A stretch of 63,559 nt of DNA, filler included, from Chiloscyllium plagiosum (Eukaryota): assembly GCF_004010195.1 (NCBI RefSeq). It is 6 parts of one record of this genome, joined end to end, with 100 filler letters (N's around TTAATTAATTAA, not from the genome) between each part and the next. Parts side by side here need not be neighbours in the genome. Positions count along the whole stretch, not along the records: positions 45,216 to 54,066 come from NC_057717.1; positions 54,167 to 62,299 come from NC_057717.1; positions 62,400 to 63,559 come from NC_057717.1; 3 more parts are not named here. One strand, 5' to 3'. Shown here one piece after another: positions 51,101 to 63,559 of the stretch (position 1 is the stretch's first letter; each line of letters begins with the position of its first letter). Position numbers and translations under genes: made by a program. The notes below the pieces were generated by a model. It was given only the letters and a program-made list of their open reading frames with translations, made no database searches and was not told the DNA's origin.

Positions 51101-51836
51101 CAGTAACATTGTGCTCGATCCCTGCGCAGTGTGGGGAAACTTGCAGCCCATGCTGGAAGTGACAGGATGTGCAGCTCCCGCCCATTTACAGCTCCATATC
51201 TCCATTGTGCCATGTCAAGGGGGTGCTGTGGGTGTGAACATCACTGCCAGAGAGAGATGGCGGGGGAATCAGTTTAAATATCACCACATGGGAGTGGTTT
51301 GGAAAGTAGAGAGAGAGCGAAAGAATGAGAGACAGTGCCATAGAAGGATATGTTCCCAGGTTTCAGGATGTTGAAATGTCGACACTTCGATAGCATCCTG
51401 TAACATGAGCCAGTCTTCCCAGGAAAGATGGGAAAAAGGGATATTGGTGTGAAGTCAGATGAGCATTTGTTCTACATCTTTTTAACTGGAATGGGTTTAA
51501 ACAGAATCTATGACTTATTGGGCAGATTCTAAAAATAGCTTATCTCAGTGAATTGTTCATTGAGTGTGACAGAGGGATTGTCGTAACGAGGCTGAGCAAG
51601 TTTCCTGGTGCTATCTTATCGCGCTCACCTCATTAACTACCCACCCCACCCCATGGTGTCCCTCTCATTCGATACCAGCCCGATTCTCCCACCCATCATG
51701 GCTGAAGGTACTCACCATCGCCCGGGTGACCCTAGATATTCCGTGATCCCAGACACTGGTGCCATCTTTAAAAGGCCCGTGGGCACACGGTTGAGCTTTC
51801 TCAGTTTGGAGCTTCCCTGCACAGTTTACCCCGAGC

Positions 51837-52740
51837 ATGGCAGATAGAGAGCAATTACACCACGGTTTGCCGACAGGGGCATGGAGTTCCTGACGGATGG
51901 GCTAGTACAGAGGGGGACCATTCTCTTCCCAGAGGGGGCCACACCACCAGACGCACCGAGGATGGTGTGAGCTCACCACCCAGCTCACTGCTGTATCTGC
52001 GGTCTGAAGAAATGTCCAGTAGTACAGGACAAGCATCAATAATCTTCCGTGCTCAGGATAAGGCTCGCCGTATACTCTCTGCTCCTTCACACCCTGTATC
52101 TCTGTTACAGCACCGACATACGAACAAGGCTCATGTTCCACCACACTCACTACTGCATGCAGCACCTTTCCTCTCTCTCTCTCCCTCCACTTTACCCCCC
52201 CCCCCCCACATTAATAACACTGCATTGATACAACACTGTGGACTGACTCCCGCCGGACACCTCACCATGACCCTGTCCCCCACCTTCACACGCACTAACA
52301 GCAGGACAACCCTATCCCTCCCTCACTCCCTCCCTTCCTCCCATTCCAGGAGAAACAGCCTGGAGTAGGGCAGAAAGGTCCTAGCCTGTTGGTGGAGTGC
52401 TCGATATCCGATCCCTCGCCACCCTCCCCCCGCCACATGTGGAGGATGCTGGTACGAGTTGGAGAGGACCGGGACACCTCGTGTGGAGATGCTGAAACAT
52501 CCACGTCCCACCGACCGAGTAAGGAGCAATGTTCAGTGAAGGGCAATTCTCACTTTAAACCCATTGGCATCTCCGTTTCACCCCGGCACAACTTAGAAGC
52601 CGTGGCCCTGATGCTGTCTCCATTTTGTGTCGAGCTGGTACAAATGGAATCCCCACGGTCTCGGTGGGCATGAAGATGGGCTCACAACACGTCGTCACCA
52701 CTACCTCCCAGGAAGGAAGCACGGAGACTCCCTCCCACAC
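51837..52740 (+). mobile_element. Harbinger (PIF) transposon Myb/SANT DNA-binding gene relic with intron
   Basis: Frameshifted peptides TPRFADRGMEFLTDGLVQRGTILFP and WCELTTQLTAVSAV*RNVQ*YRTSINNL, then an intron ending ccattccag| (52349), then TAWSRAERS*PVGGVLDIRSL. This fits the Myb_DNA-bind_5 / NAIF1-like pattern. Confidence 0.7.
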
Positions 52741-53224
52741 CTCCTCCTGTAAACAGCTCAGATACTGAAACTAATCTTTGATAGTTACTGTTCTCCCCAC
52801 TTGTCCTGACATCTTCAATAATCTGTGCTCATACACACCCAGCGCCCTCTGCTCCTCAACCCTCTTGTCCATGTAGTGATCTAAATGTTATTTAAACGGT
52901 GTAACTCTCCCTGCTTTTACCACTTCCACTGGAAGTTCATTCCAAACACAAGCCAAATTCTGGCTAAAATAATTACCCTCCCCCCTCATGACTTTTGTAA
53001 ATCTTTTTCCTCGCACCTTAAAATATCCCTCAGTTTTCAATCCTAAACTCTCGGGAAAAGGCATTAGCTCTTCAGCTTATCTGTACCCCACATGATTTTA
53101 TAAACTTCTATAAAGTTATCCATTCATCCTATACTCTCCAGTGAAAAAAGTCCCAGCCTACCCAGTCTCTCATTATAGATCACTCACTCCATTCCCAGCA
53201 ACAACCATTTAATCTCTTCTGAAC

Positions 53225-53685
53225 CATCTTCAGCACACTTTAATTCCCTCTCCCACTCCGCCAAGGACATGCAGGTCCTTGGCCTCCTCCATCGCCAAAC
53301 CATGGCAACACGACGCCTGGAGGATGAGCCACTCTTCTTCAGCCTAAGAACCCTCCAACCACAAGTGATGAATACAGATTTCTCCAGCTTCCTTATTTCC
53401 CCTCCTCCACCTTTTCCCAGTCCCAAGCCTCAGATTCAGCACCGCCTTCCTGACCTGCAATCTTCTTCCCGACCTCTCCGCCCCCACCCCTCTCCGGCCT
53501 ATCACCTTCACATTAACCTCCTTCCACCTATCGCATTCCCAACGATCCTCCCCCAAGTCCATCCTCCCTACCTTTTATCTTAGCCTGGTTGGCAAACCCT
53601 CCTCATTCCTGAAGAAGGGCTTATGCCCGAAACGTCAATTCTCCTTCTCTTTTGATGCTGCCTGACCTGCTGCGCTTTTCCACCA
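53225..53685 (+). mobile_element. Penelope-like element 3' fragment: GIY-YIG C-terminus, 3' UTR and hammerhead core (53609-53636)
   Basis: HFNSLSHSAKDMQVLGLLHRQTMATRRLEDEPLFFSLRTLQPQVMNTDFSSF, followed by a pyrimidine-rich UTR and CTGAAGAAGGGCTTATGCCCGAAACGTC. Confidence 0.88.
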
Positions 53686-54066
53686 CCCCTTTTTTAAAAT
53701 AATAAAATCAAGGTCAATAATATCAAAGTGAATATTCAAAGTATTTTCTTCCGGTCCAGGGAGATCAAAACTAGAGGACATAGTTTTAAGTTGAGAGGGA
53801 AAACATTTAAAAGTGACCTGAGGGGCAGCTTTTTCACCCAGAGGGTGGTGCACCTATAGAATGAGCGGGAAAGGAGACCAGACTGGATACAGTATTCCAG
53901 ACGTGGCCTCACCAATGTCCTGTACAACCACAACATAACGTCCCGATTCCAATACTCAAAGGTCTGACCAATGGAGACATGTGTGCAACTTGACCACAAT
54001 ATCTATAGGAGATGCAAAGTTTAAAGAATTATACCTGACAGCCTAGGCCTCTTTTCTACCACGTTG

Positions 54067-54166
54067 NNNNNNNNNNNNNNNNNNNNNNNNNNNNNNNNNN
54101 NNNNNNNNNNTTAATTAATTAANNNNNNNNNNNNNNNNNNNNNNNNNNNNNNNNNNNNNNNNNNNN
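54067..54166. other. Artificial join spacer
   Basis: N44-TTAATTAATTAA-N44. Confidence 0.95.
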
Positions 54167-54896
54167 TTTCACCAGACTAAACCCTGGCATGATGCTACCA
54201 TGAGGAGAAAGTGAAGAAACTTGTGCTTAATAAAGTGTGTTAAGGTATTTGTGAGTTTATATTTTAAACATATGCTGAAGCACGTTGAGTGCTGAAGATA
54301 CAAAATTGCCTTATTAGATCAATTAAAGGAATGTCAAGGCAAATTCACATTTCTTATGTATTGGAGTGCAAATATATCCGCTGTAAATGTATTGGCTGGT
54401 ACCTGTTCTAGTCGAGGAGAGATCTGCACGGTAACAGCATGTAGATTGTGGTTTTTGAGGGTGGTGGTGGTGGGAGGTTCAGCCGGTTACAGTATTGCAA
54501 ATTGATAATGCAGCAGAATCATCTAGCCTGCGATAAGAAACCATGCATCATTCTCCCTCACTATTAACTTCACGAGAGCAATCGGTGATGGGAGATGTGA
54601 TCATTAGCCAGCAGTGCCAACATTTAATCCAGTCCAGTAGTTTTTGTGAACTGAAGGAACCATACTGAAAGGGGTTAGATTGAGCTGTTTGTTCAGTGAC
54701 TGTGATTGATGCCAGTCTCCATGGATCCTCGTTTTGTCACAGGATGTTTTCCCTCCTATTAGTAAGGGGCCTCTTGCAATGGTTTATGCCATTGTAGCAG
54801 CAGATGCATCAACTCCAACGCTCAAAAGGACCAGTCGCTGCAGAGACAAAAAAAAGGAGGTTTCAACATCCGAGAATAGTTTGGAATGATCCATTA

Positions 54897-55071
54897 ATGG
54901 ATCAGAATCTGAGAACATTAGACTGGAATGCTGCAACAATGGACAGGAGTTTATCCTATGGTCTTTTCTATTTTTTCTAGTCTAGGTCAACATTATCACA
55001 TCGGATATATGGTGCTGTGAAGATTATTCAGGCGGGTTACTATCCTATCCTGGCTATTGTTGGTGTTCCTG
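54897..55071 (+). pseudogene. First coding exon of a GPR139/142-like receptor with an in-frame stop
   Basis: MDQNLRTLDWNAATMDRSLSYGLFYFF*SRSTLSHRIYGAVKIIQAGYYPILAIVGVP, then g|gtaagt (phase-1 donor). TAG at 54978-54980. YYP.LA.VGVP is the start of TM1 in this family. Confidence 0.85.
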
Positions 55072-57557
55072 GTAAGTTTCTTCATCTTAATCGCTTCGAC
55101 CATGGCGAACTTCTTTGCTATTTCTTTTATTTATATTTGACAAAGATGGAAACTATTATCTTCAGTTTCAAAAGCAAATTCCATTCATTCCCCACAAATT
55201 TCAGATCCGCCCACACCCCCGAATTCACAAACATCTGAGAACGAGACTATTCACAATACCGAAGTACCTTTCTTCCCTGATTTCATTTATGTCTCGGTAT
55301 TCTGCCCATCACAAAACCTATCCATTACCAGCTCGATTATATGCCCAGTCACCATCTTGGCTTCAATGCTGTCGCTTAATTATCCATTATCTATGCTTTG
55401 GTAAAATTCAGACATTATGGTTCCACCTCTCTTCTACGCACTCTTTGAGTTGCAAATATTTCGATCACAACTTTGTTCTTGTCTCTAAAATAACTTAATG
55501 ACAGGAACACTCTCTCAGAGCAGTAATTCGGAAGAAATGCAATTCTGATGCATATGTTATTACACAGAAAGACACTGTTCCACATCCTACCACAGAAGCT
55601 GTCAGAAAATAAATACACAAGACAGGAATTGGAAAATAAAAGAAGCTTTACTAATAACAACCATAACACCTCCAGTATTTTGTCTATACGTTTATCTATT
55701 TCACTGAGGTCCTTTGGTAAATAGATCTTGCGTTATTATCTGGTCTGGCTTAAGATTGATGTGAGACCCACAGCAATGTGCTTGGTTCTGTACTGCCTGA
55801 AAGAATGACCTCGCAGTAAATGACATTTGGTTAGGTCAACAAATGCTGCCCCTGTCAACGATGCAGACATTCTAAGTAATAATAAAATTAAAGTTTAAAT
55901 AAAGCAAAGAATGATGCAACAGATCAGAACCAATAAAGAACGAGAAAGTGCCAGACAAACTGAGCAGATTTGGCAGCCCCCTCGGGTCGAGAGAAAAATA
56001 AAATTGGCAATTGGATTCTAATGACCATCCACCAGAACTGAACACAGTTGGGAAATAGTGTGATTGATTTTGGTGACACCGACATCTGTTATGAAGGGGA
56101 GAAGGACTGAGTTGAATAGATAGAAAAAGAGAGAGATAGAGAGAAAGAAGCAAACAAAGATATTGTTGATGATCAGCTGGGTTGGAAATAAAAAATGAAA
56201 TTAAACATTCCTTATGTTTTTCCTNNNNNNNNNNNNNNNNNNNNNNNNNNNNNNNNNNNNNNNNNNNNNNNNNNNNNNNNNNNNNNNNNNNNNNNNNNNN
56301 NNNNNNNNNNNNNNNNNNNNNNNNNNNNNNNNNNNNNNNNNNNNNNNNNNNNNNNNNNNNNNNNNNNNNNNNNNNNNNNNNNNNNNNNNNNNNNNNNNNN
56401 NNNNNNNNNNNNNNNNNNNNNNNNNNNNNNNNNNNNNNNNNNNNNNNNNNNNNNNNNNNNNNNNNNNNNNNNNNNNNNNNNNNNNNNNNNNNNNNNNNNN
56501 NNNNNNNNNNNNNNNNNNNNNNNNNNNNNNNNNNNNNNNNNNNNNNNNNNNNNNNNNNNNNNNNNNNNNNNNNNNNNNNNNNNNNNNNNNNNNNNNNNNN
56601 NNNNNNNNNNNNNNNNNNNNNNNNNNNNNNNNNNNNNNNNNNNNNNNNNNNNNNNNNNNNNNNNNNNNNNNNNNNNNNNNNNNNCTGGCAGGTGGGACTA
56701 GATTGGGTTTGGATATCTGGCCGGCATGGACGGGTCGGACCGAAGTATCTATTTCCATGCTGTGCATCTCTGACTCTATGACTCAGCAAGTAATCAGCAC
56801 AATAAATGAGTAGGAGAGTTCATTACAAAATGATTAAAGTATAAGTGTGAAGACACCGTCCTGCAGTTGTGGAGTGTACTTGAGACAGTATTTTCTTTCA
56901 TTTATTATCAATGATCTCCTTGCTACAGAGGGAAGGTGTAATGGCGTTTCACCAGACTAATCCCTGTGGTGATGGTACCATGAGGAGAGTGTGAAGGAAA
57001 TGAGTGTTTAATTTTTAACGCTACAAAAATAATAAAACGTGATTACATTAACTCTGGAGTGTTATCAATTAACACTCATTATTTCCAAAACAAAACACGG
57101 ATAGCATTAGATATAACATGTTTTGCATGATATGTGCCTTCACATTTGTACATATATATGGATAGGAAGGGTTTAGAAGGATATGGACCAAGCGCAGGGA
57201 AATGGGGTTAGCATGGATGGACATTTTGATCATCATGAACTAGTTTGTGCTAATGGGCCTGTCTCTGTGCTTTAGGATTCTATGACTGTATGACAGTTTA
57301 CAGAGTTCTATGGAGCCCCCATATTGGTTGAGAGAGAGCTCCAGGTTCTGAATGAACTCTCACTGATTGGATGTGCAGTTGGTGTGTAACCCTGAATTGA
57401 ACATCATGTTGTTCAAAAATCTGCCATCAGCCACACTCTGATAGTATTAACCATTGACACCAGCTTCTGACCTCCATACAGAACACTAGCCTGTCTTCTC
57501 TGTCACAAACCAATCCTTCTTTTTTTCTAAAAGTTGTTCGTTGGCTCAAGTAGACAC

Positions 57558-60500
57558 TGTCCTTGATGTTTTTCAAAGGGTTAATAAAACGGGGCCAGGC
57601 TACGATCAGTCTGGTTTGGAACAGACATGAAATGGATTTTCAGAGGCCTTCTATTTATATGTAAACAGATGAACTACAGGCCAAAGTCGTCATGCTTTAG
57701 ATGTGACATGTGTAATGAACTGGGAATGGTCAGCTCTTTTAGCTGAGCTAGCTGAGTTGAGCTGAGCTGAGCAGTTTTCAGTTGAGTCTTGAACTGGGAA
57801 GTTCAACTGGGAGTTGTGTGGAAACTCTCTCTCTTTTCTGCCCTTCAGCTTCAACCTGGAAGCATGCATTCCATTATAACGTATTTACAAGGGAGTTTGA
57901 TTATTGAGACTATTGTGTGTATTTGGAATAGCATAATTAAGTCTAGCTGGATAGGTTGAATTCTGTTTGGGTTCTTCATTCTGTTCTGTGTGTTTCATTG
58001 TGTAATTTTGTGAATAACGTTTTTATCTGAATTAAAATGTAGTAGTCACCCTAGCTAAATTACTCCGGGTAATTTTCATTGGATAATTATCAAAACAAAC
58101 TGCAAAGTTATGCTCTAGGCTGCTTGCTTAAAAATGTTTTGAGTGGTCTGGCCTCGTGCATAACAGACTGGGGCCCATTGCTGGATTTTCAACAGCGAGT
58201 GGGAGGTGATAGTATATTCAGTTCGGGTATTCGTTTGATTGCGTTAACAAAGCTTCGAATAATAATGGCTAATTCAGTCGCCAAACATTTCCTGGGTTTG
58301 CATGCAGTGACTTTGGACATTTTACGAAAAGTGAATAAGACCAATTTTCAAGAATTGGCAGAGAAGCTGGAATTGGAACTGACTGCTTCTGTGAGGAAAG
58401 GAGAGATAACTACAGCAGTAGCTCGTCAATTAAACTTTCTGGAAAAACCATCAGAATCCATAGATATGGCAAGAATTCAGTTGCAAATGAAACATCTTGA
58501 ATTAGCGGCGAGAGGTAAGGAAAGGGCAGCCAAAAAAGAAACACTTGACTTTCAATAAAATGCAGAAGGGAGGGGAAAAGAGAGAGCAACAGAACAGAGA
58601 GTAAAAAGAAAGAATGGCACAAGAGAGAGTAGCAGGGGACAGAGAAAGAGAGAGCATTTGAATAGCAAAAACTGACACTTAAAAAGGAAATTCTGTGTAA
58701 AAGGCTGGAGATAACGGCTGAGGGTGGGCTTAGTAAGGAAGAGAGTGCGGATGAACAAGGCCCTGGTAGTCAGAAGCCTAGTGAGAATTTGTTTGAGTAT
58801 GTTCAAGCATTGCCTCAATTTGATGAGAAGAATGTGATGCCCTTTTCGTCTCATTTGAAAAGTTGGCTAAACAAATGCAGTGGCCAGAGGCAATGTGGGT
58901 TTTGTTGATCCAAACGAAACTTGTAGGTAGGACTGGTGAGGTATTTACATCCCTATCAGAGGAAGTATCTGGGGAGCATGAGGAGGTTAAAAAAAAATGT
59001 CGTCTGCATATGCAACCTTTCAGGAATCTAATGAGGATCCTGTTCAAATCGACACTGAATTTGTAAAGAACAAACAGACTACTTTTGATAGTTGGATAAG
59101 AGCTTTAAAATTCAAGCAAAGCTAAAATGCCCTTAGAGAGGTTAGTATTTGGAGGAATTCAAAATTTCACTACCTGAAGTAGTGCAAACTCAGGTGGAAT
59201 AGCAGAGAGTGTAAACAGCAAGGTTAGCTGCTGAAATGGCTGATGATTATGAACTGGTCCATAAACTTGGTTTGCTTTCCAGAACCAGTTCTGGTCTCTG
59301 TGGGACAGAAGTTGGAGCAAAGAGATATCCTCACGTGCAAAGGGAAAGGTAGGTCACAGTGTAGAACGTAAGGATAATTTACCACGGTAACAAAGAAAAC
59401 CTTGAGGGGGACAAAGAAGTTAAAATACTCTGGTGTTTTCATTGTAATAAAGTGGGCCACACAAAATCACAGTGTTGGTGGGCTGGGAGAAAACTAGCTG
59501 TAGGATGACCAGACAAGCCTGGAAGTTTCGTAGAACTAGTAACAAAAAGCATAGGAGGAGTTAGGCAACTGTCTCAGAGTGTACAAGATGATCAGTGGAC
59601 GTGCTAAATCTGCGTAAAGAAATTTACATGGAAGGATAAAGTTGATTCACATAGGCCAGGAGTAATTTGTAAGGAGGATCCAATATTAATTGACACAGGA
59701 TATTTTCAGCCTGTAATGCTGAGGGGTGAGGCTTTATGCACTCTTGAGAGACTATTGCCAGAAAATGTGCTGGGAACAGGCAAAAAGTGCTCAGTTATGT
59801 AAAGTGAGGCTAGGTAGTCCAGAAAAGTGTGGAGAATGTGTGGTAGGAGTACTGGACCCCTAACTCTCAGCTCCAGGAATAAAATTTGTCCTTGCAAATA
59901 ATATAGCTGATTTACTGGTTGGCGTGCTGCCTACTCTAGTTGAAAAGCCAGTGGAGATGCAGGCAACTGAAGACCTGGAGAATGTTTATCCAGGAATTTT
60001 GCCTGATTACGTGATCAGAAGATCACAAATGCGCAGGTTGAAGCAGGATAAAGGCACAGATAAGGAAACTGACGTTATCCGAAAGTTTCTTTTTGACTAG
60101 ATAAGTGGAACAGGGAAGGAGCAAGTATGGAAACAGGAACGTACTTTTAGCTCTGCTAAGGTGATTGAATTATAGCAGAATTATGAGGAGTTACAAAATT
60201 CATATCAAAAGACATTTAGCAAGAAAGAGAATGAATGCACTCCTGTATGTCATTACTTAACAAATGATGTCTTAATGCGGATATGGAGATCAGCACACAC
60301 TGAAGCAGATCAGGCGTGGACAGATATTCATCAAATTCTTTTGCCTGTTGGGTATAGAAAGGAGGTGCTGCGAGTGGCACATGAACTACCACTTGGAAAT
60401 CATTTCGGGGTTAGGACATTACAGGCTGGAATTCAAAGATATTTTCACTGGCCTGGACGACACAAAGATGTAGTTGAATTTTGCCAGACGTCTCAAACAT

Positions 60501-62299
60501 ATCACACAGGCAGTAATAAAACCTGCAACTTTAACACCTATTTGAGGGACCTTTCACAAGAGTCCTGATAGATTGTGTAGGTCCCCTAACTCAAACAAAA
60601 AGTCGGAATAAGTATTTATTAACAGTAATGAATGTGTCGACTAGATTTTCAGGGCCAGACCCATTATGCAGCATCACAGCTAAAAGAGTTGCAGAAAAAA
60701 AGCTTACTTTTTTACGAGGTACGGACTGCCAATAGAGTTCCAGACAGATAAAATCTCACATCCGAACTATTCAAGGAGATTTTGGATAACTTCGGAATAA
60801 AGCAATTCAAATCTACTTCGTACTATTCGAAGTCACAGGGAGCATGAGAGGGATGGCAGCAAACACTGAAGACCATGTTGAGGTTTTATGGACAGGAGTA
60901 TCCAGATGATTGCGATAAGGAAATTCCTTTTGAACTATTTGTAATGACAGACGCAAAGAATGAATCGAACAAATTCAGTCTATTTGAATTAATTTGTGGG
61001 CATAAAGTAAAAGGACCGTTAACATAGGTTTAGGAGAAATTAATAAGTCAGAATTCAGAGACCATCCATTTGGATGATGTGTCAAATTTTAGGGAACGAT
61101 TAGATAGAGCTGGAGAGTTGGGTAGACAGCATTCAAAAGCATCGCAGCATACAATGAAACAGGAAGTGGATCAGAAATCATAAATTGGCAATTTTGCAAT
61201 TGGGACTAAAGTATTGGTGTTACTTCGAGTAACAATTAAGCCTTGAGAAGCAAGTTTTAATGTACCTTATCAAATTGGGAAGAAATTTGATTGAGGTGAA
61301 CTATTCGATACGGACTCCAGACAGAATGAGATCTCACAGAGTGTCTCATATGAATTAGCTCTAAAGGTATTTTGACAGGGAAGGAAAGCAAGAGCAGAAG
61401 GTGTTAATGATTACAGCACCGAATAAAGAACCAAGTTCAGAGGACTCTGAATTGCACATTCCTCAAATCAAATTGAACAATGAGAAACTTTTCAAAAATT
61501 GGGATGAATTATTGAGTTACCTTCCACAAGAAAAGCAAAGCGACCTGAAAGAGTTATTACTATCTCGTGGAGAGATATGTGGAAAACAAACTGGGAAGTA
61601 CGAACATAATTGTGCATGATTTAGACACAGGAGATGCTGTTCTGATTAAGCAACATCCTTATAGGCATGACCCTCCAAAATTGGCACAGGTTCAGAAGGA
61701 GTAGAGCGCATGCTCAAGATGGCATAATTGATGTGACTTACAATGAGTGGACCTCACGTATAGTCATGGTGTCAAAGCCAGATGGCACCCAACGGTCATG
61801 TGTGGATTATCACAAAGTCAACTTCGTTACAAAGACTGATGCATATCCAATTCCATGATTGGAGAACTGTGTCGAAAAAGTGGGAGAAGCTACTTACATT
61901 TCTAAGTTGGACTTGCTCAGAGGCTACTGGCAAGGACCTCTGTCAGAGAAAGCAAATGCAATTTCGGCTTTCATAACGCAAAATGGATTATATCAGTTAA
62001 AAGTTGTGGCATTTTGTATGTAAAATGATCCAGCCACACTTCAGAGACTGATAATAAGGTCATTGCCCGATTATCCAACTATGTGTTGTACATTGATGAC
62101 CTGGTGGTTTTTAGTCACTCATGAAAGGAACATTTACAGCATTTATCAGACTTGTTTGATTGACTTCAGAGGGCAGGCTTGTTGGTAACCCTAACTAAAA
62201 GTGATTTTGAGAAAGCCCAAGTCACGTTCCTGGGTCACGCTATAGGACATTGCCCAATGGCCTCATGAGATACAAAAACGAAAGTAGTTCGGGAATGTT
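57558..62299 (+). mobile_element. Decayed Gypsy LTR retrotransposon, Gmr1-like (5' LTR, gag, PR, INT, RT), truncated at a spacer
   Basis: LTR ends ...cataaCA (58165), followed by a PBS-like gactggggccc. gag starts near 58264; CCHC knuckle CFHCNKVGHTKSQC at 59434-59475; ILIDTG at about 59683-59700; integrase AHELPLGNHFG and IDCVGPL (60568); RT CVDYHKVN..TKTDAYPIP, DLLRGYWQ and YIDD (62089-62100). Many stops. LTR start is approximate. Confidence 0.92.
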
Positions 62300-62399
62300 N
62301 NNNNNNNNNNNNNNNNNNNNNNNNNNNNNNNNNNNNNNNNNNNTTAATTAATTAANNNNNNNNNNNNNNNNNNNNNNNNNNNNNNNNNNNNNNNNNNNN
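62300..62399. other. Artificial join spacer
   Basis: N44-TTAATTAATTAA-N44. Confidence 0.95.
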
Positions 62400-63430
62400 A
62401 TGAAGGAATTAGTTAAAGGTAGGTTGCAAGAATTTAGAGTAGTGAAATGACTCCTTATTGATCAGATCAGACGAAGATGTGAACTTATTGCAGTGATCAA
62501 AATTATGAAAAAAACAGGGTAAAATAAGAGTATTCCGTTTCCCTTAGCTGGCATTACAGAATCCCAGTTGCAAGATAGTCAGCACAAGACCACGGAGTGA
62601 GATAAGGCAAAAATTCTTTATTGAGAGATTTGTTAGGATTTGGAATGCCCTTCCTGGGAGATTTGTGAATGAAGACTCAAGAGGGAACTGGATATATATT
62701 TGAAAGTACCGAATTTAAAGGGCAACATTGATAGAGGTGGCAAATGGGAGGATTTGGGAGACATTTCACAATCCTTGCATACACAGTGGCCCAATAGCCT
62801 CCTTGTCTACATTAAAGTCCTGTACTCTATCATGTACAAATGCAAGTCAAAGCCAGTATCAGATTATTTCCAACTGTAAATGCTGGCAAATATCTGATCA
62901 TTTTGCTGCAGCATAACCATTTAAAATGCAAGTATTGCAAGGTCAGCTTGATGATGAAGTCTAATTAGTAATCAGCACATGAATATATTAAATCTTGCAT
63001 CCCTACAAATAATACAAATATTTCCTTTCTTTGCCGCAGAACTTTTTGAAAATGTCTGACTGTTCACTCACACGGATGAATGTTCATCGTTCTTTTTTCA
63101 CATTTCACATTAAATACCATTCATTCTAAACATTGCAAGGTTTCAAATGATTGTCCACTTCAATTTGCATAACACAAATCATTTATTGAAAGGAATATTC
63201 TCTCTTAATGTTGAATTATTGTCATTTTGCAATTGTTGGTAAAGAGCTGAAGCTCGCACATTTAGTGAGAAATTAAACTGAACAATTATATATCAATGTA
63301 AAAGAATACTATTTATATTTGACGGTTCAATCGTTTTCTCACTCTAAAAATACAATCATTCAGAAGCCAACGACTTTCCAAATGTTGGAGCGACGATGTA
63401 TTCATTTGAATACTGAAAATGAATATTCAA

Positions 63431-63517
63431 TCACCTGATGAAGGAGCGTCGCTCCGAAAGCTAGTGTGCTTCCAATTAAACCTGTTGGACTATAACCTAG
63501 TGTTGTGTGACTTTTGA
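63431..63517 (+). mobile_element. Penelope-like terminus (family C) with an intact minimal hammerhead core at 63432-63466
   Basis: CAC CTGATGA A GGAGC GTC GCTCC GAAA GCTA GTG: stem I CAC/GTG, a 5-bp stem II, and a palindromic AGCT in place of stem III. Confidence 0.8.
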
Positions 63518-63559
63518 CAATGAGTATGTAATTGTAGCGAGTTTTGAGAAGATTTGTAG

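Overview
Repeat-dominated vertebrate genomic DNA, almost certainly a cartilaginous fish (shark): it carries HE1/V-SINEs, abundant CR1 LINEs, Penelope-like elements and GPR139/142-like receptor relics. The window is a mosaic of six pieces joined by artificial 100-bp spacers (N44-TTAATTAATTAA-N44), plus ordinary N gaps. I see no intact protein-coding gene. Host-gene relics are a decayed C2H2 zinc-finger cluster (1-6.3 kb) with a CpG-decayed ZNF143/NRF1-type promoter, and two GPR139/142-like pseudo-exons (48.5-49.2 kb minus; 54.9-55.1 kb plus). Mobile DNA includes a near full-length CR1 (38.1-42.2 kb), a decayed Gmr1-type Gypsy element with PR-INT-RT order (57.6-62.3 kb), Harbinger Myb-gene relics, and several Penelope-like termini carrying minimal hammerhead-ribozyme cores from three sequence families, some in long inverted repeats. 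Satellites of 34, about 10/20, 55, 40 and 65 bp and local duplications of about 433 and 752 bp fill much of the rest. Most short ORFs in the supplied track are spurious or transposon debris. All identifications come from reading and translating by eye; no database search was run.
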